This document shows, piece by piece, positions 61,158 to 64,000 of a stretch of 64,000 nt of DNA. Position numbers and translations under genes: made by a program. The stretch covers positions 40,424,001-40,488,000 of the forward strand of contig NC_087452.1 in the NCBI RefSeq assembly GCF_036321535.1, read 5' to 3'. A model generated the notes under the pieces. The model saw nothing but the letters and a program-made list of their open reading frames with translations. It was not told the origin of the DNA and did not search any database. Source of the DNA: Camelus dromedarius. Lineage: Eukaryota. Each line of letters opens with the position of its first letter. Within the stretch, counting starts at the first letter, position 1.

Positions 61158-61577
61158 TTTTATGAGTTGAATTGTGTCCCCCCAAGATTCATATGTTGAA
61201 GCCCTAACTGCCAATGTCTCAGAATGGAACTTTGGAAGTAGGGATTTTGCAAATGCATTAGTTAAGTTAAGATGAGGTCATACTGGCATAGATGGGCCCC
61301 TATTTCAATAGGATGGGTGTCCTTAGGAAAAAGGGAAATTTGGACACAGACACACACATAAGGAGAATTCCATGTGAAGGCTGAAATCATACTGCCACAG
61401 GCTAAGGAACTGCCAGAAACTAGGAGAGAAGCCTGGGACAGATCCATCCCTCATGCTTTCCAAGGGAACATGGCCCTGCTGATCTCAAACTTCTTGATCT
61501 GAAACTTCTAATCTCCAGAACTGTGAGACAATGAAGTTCCATCATTTAAGCTACCCAGTTACCTTAGCAAACTGAAA
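61158..61577 (+). mobile_element. MLT1B-like MaLR solo LTR
   Basis: 'tatgagttgaattgtgtccccccaagattcatatgttgaagccctaac...gttaagatgaggtcatactgg...ctccagaactgtgagacaat'. Confidence 0.9.
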
Positions 61578-64000
61578 AAAGGTCTGTGAGTGGGGCTGGG
61601 GTTCCTGATCCTCACATATGTCTAATCTCATCTTTCCTGTGTTCCTGGCTTCTGCCATCATCTCACCACATCCTCTGTTTCTAACCTGCTTTAACATGGG
61701 TCAGGAAGCCATGTAGCCTGCTGCTTAAATGTATCTGAAAGTGTAGAGAATAAATAGGCTTTGAGTGGGAAGATGCCAGACTCAAGAACTTAGACTCAAC
61801 TTTATATAAGAGAAGCTGCCAAAAAATGAAGATAATTGGGTACTGGTTGGTAGACACAGATGGCTTAGGTTTGGAACAAGGCTTAGTGACCAGCTTTCAA
61901 TGACCAATGCCCCAAGCTCTCCCAATCACTAAGACAGAATTGGGAGCAGTCCCATGTCCAGAATCCAAATGCAATGATGATTTCCTTTAAATGTTTACTT
62001 GTGATAATAAATGTCAGTAAATATTTAGAGTTTTCCTAGAAAAATAAAATGCAAACACATCAGAAGTGGTAGATGTGGAGCCCAAGTTTGGAAATTCAAC
62101 GGCATGGAGAAACAATAAGAGAATGTCCCAAAAGTTCATTATGTAGACTACTCGGTTTGTGCTTTAAGTTTCAAAGGCTGATCGGCCTTATTCTCAGACC
62201 AGCTTTAATAAGGCCTTTAGTCTGCTATTACATGGAGACTTAAATTAAAAGCCCAAACAGCCAATTCCTAATTAGATTATTTTAACAGATAGGTCAATGA
62301 TTTCTTCAGTAGAAGCTGCTTCCTGTGGTAACCATCAAAATAGCTTCTCATTCCAACTGAGTCTAGTAACCAGGTCAGTTTTCACTGACTTCCGCTGCTT
62401 CCAAAAATACTTTAGGCTGATGGAGTACCTGTCGTGTATGGCCTGCGTGCTTCGAGAATAATTCATCCTTAACATCTGTGAGAATGAGAAGCCTTTCCCC
62501 TTGATTAATGAGTTGATAAAATGGTGGCATTAAGACTTGCTCATCCCTAAACATAAGTATTGGGCAGATTTGAGAACAAAGTCAACAGAAAATACATTTT
62601 TGGGTTTAATATTGGCTCCACATCTTTCTTTTTTTTTTTTTTTTCTTTTGGCGTGCACCACAGTCCTTCCCAAGTCTGTTCTATTGCCTGTTCTAACCCC
62701 ACCACTCCACATGATATGTTCCCCAAGTCTAAGATGCTTTGGATCTGCTTAAGGAAGTGCCTGCGAGTGTCCCAGAGACCATATGGGAGGCAGGGTAGGG
62801 AGCCTGCGGCAGCCGTAGCCAAGTGTTAAGGAGATTCAGAATTCTAGTCCCAGCGTGAACCTGGAATGAAGACTTAGGACTGGGCTTCGTGTCCATGCAG
62901 TAAAGTTGGACTATATCAGAAATTCTGTTACTATTTTCCAAACTGCTGTCTAAGTGCTGCTGAGATAAGGAAAAGGAGGAGGAGCAGGCAAAACCCCAGC
63001 TAACCTCCTTATGCTCACACACACACTCACACACAAACAGTCACACACACACTCAGGCATCTTAAGAAAAACTTTTACATTCTTTATTTGAAAAAATAGA
63101 ATTCTACATGGATTGCTTGGAAAATCTTCGATTTATAAAATGTAATTTTGAAAATCATGGGTCTTGTTGATCAAGAGGACCTTGATTAAGGTTTCGGGGA
63201 TGTTTTAAGCATACTCCACTTACAGACTAAAATGCTTACCTTTGACGGAGTAGGCTCATTGACTCTTAAAGTTTTCAACTACACTTCAATTTTTAAGAAA
63301 AGAAAGAAAGGAAAAAGTAAATAAAAAGACCGTTACTCCTCTTGCCTCCCAGCAGGGATGTTCTGTCTCTTTAAGCTTGGGCTGCAAAACTAAATTATCC
63401 TGGCCAGAGAATATCTCCCTCCCCTTTACCCTACCACCCCCAAGACTGTCTGAGCACTGAAAAGACAGAAAATCAAACCATTATTTAAGTCACACATGGG
63501 ATCTGGGAAATGTACTTCCAATGCTCCATCATTACTTTTGTAGAGTTTCCCATTCCTCGGCCATGTGGACTTAATTCACTGTAAAAGTTGGGGGGAGGGG
63601 TTAGCTGAGACTGGGAATGCAGGGTGATTCACATGGGACAATGTACCCCCAAAGACATGGGATCTTGTGTGCAGTTCTTCCACATTCATTTCCAGCGTCC
63701 AGCTATGGGTTTTCTGCTGCGTTATCAGGATGCTGTCTTATGTATAGCTCATCTCTGAAGTTTCTACCCAGGTCATCTTTACCAGCTTGGCCTCAAAGGA
63801 GGAATCAGAAGTACTGGCTTTCCCTACAGCATACTTTTCCCTTTTTATTCCAGAAAGGAAGCATGTTCTATCCACTATGACCTTTACCTGCAGGTTTTAG
63901 GAAACTGTTTGATTTTCTCTTCAAGGAGAGCACTGTAACCCTGGCAACCGGACACCATGGTACAGATGGCAGATCTAACATCCAAAGGCAGTTTGACGGG

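Noticed and set aside
1-64000. CRISPR array, operon-like cluster, endogenous borna/filo/parvovirus element, or full-length ERV
   Set aside because: No regularly spaced repeats, no paired identical LTRs with a primer-binding site, and no translation I could match to viral proteins from memory. A tBLASTx search is needed to exclude highly diverged elements.

Overview
Mammalian nuclear DNA, very probably from a camelid. Three tRNA-Ala-derived SINEs carry the camelid Vic-1-type 'aaacctaattacc' tail, and the young L1 3' ends are cetartiodactyl-type. It reads as intergenic or deep-intronic. I recognise no intact protein-coding gene, functional tRNA/rRNA or CRISPR array, and almost all ORFs in the track are chance ORFs or L1/L2 remnants. 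A large part of the window is transposable-element relics: L1 of several ages, L2, MIR, Vic-1-type SINEs, ERVL/MaLR/ERV1 solo LTRs, and MER5/MER20/MADE2 DNA elements. Several are nested, with readable target-site duplications (TSDs). Repeat family names come from remembered consensus motifs, not a database search; boundaries are approximate unless a TSD is quoted. The strongest unexplained signals are: (1) an 88-bp, 94%-identical inverted repeat at 37045-37448 with a fold-back hairpin at its inner edge; (2) an unidentified, decayed 346-codon reading frame at 49124-50161 (-), whose stops are all TAA, starting 28 nt downstream of an LTR16-type LTR; (3) a candidate + strand terminal exon at 39216 to about 39895. 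The N-runs in two L1 copies match the missing ORF2 codon count exactly. I found no convincing evidence for a novel multi-gene system.
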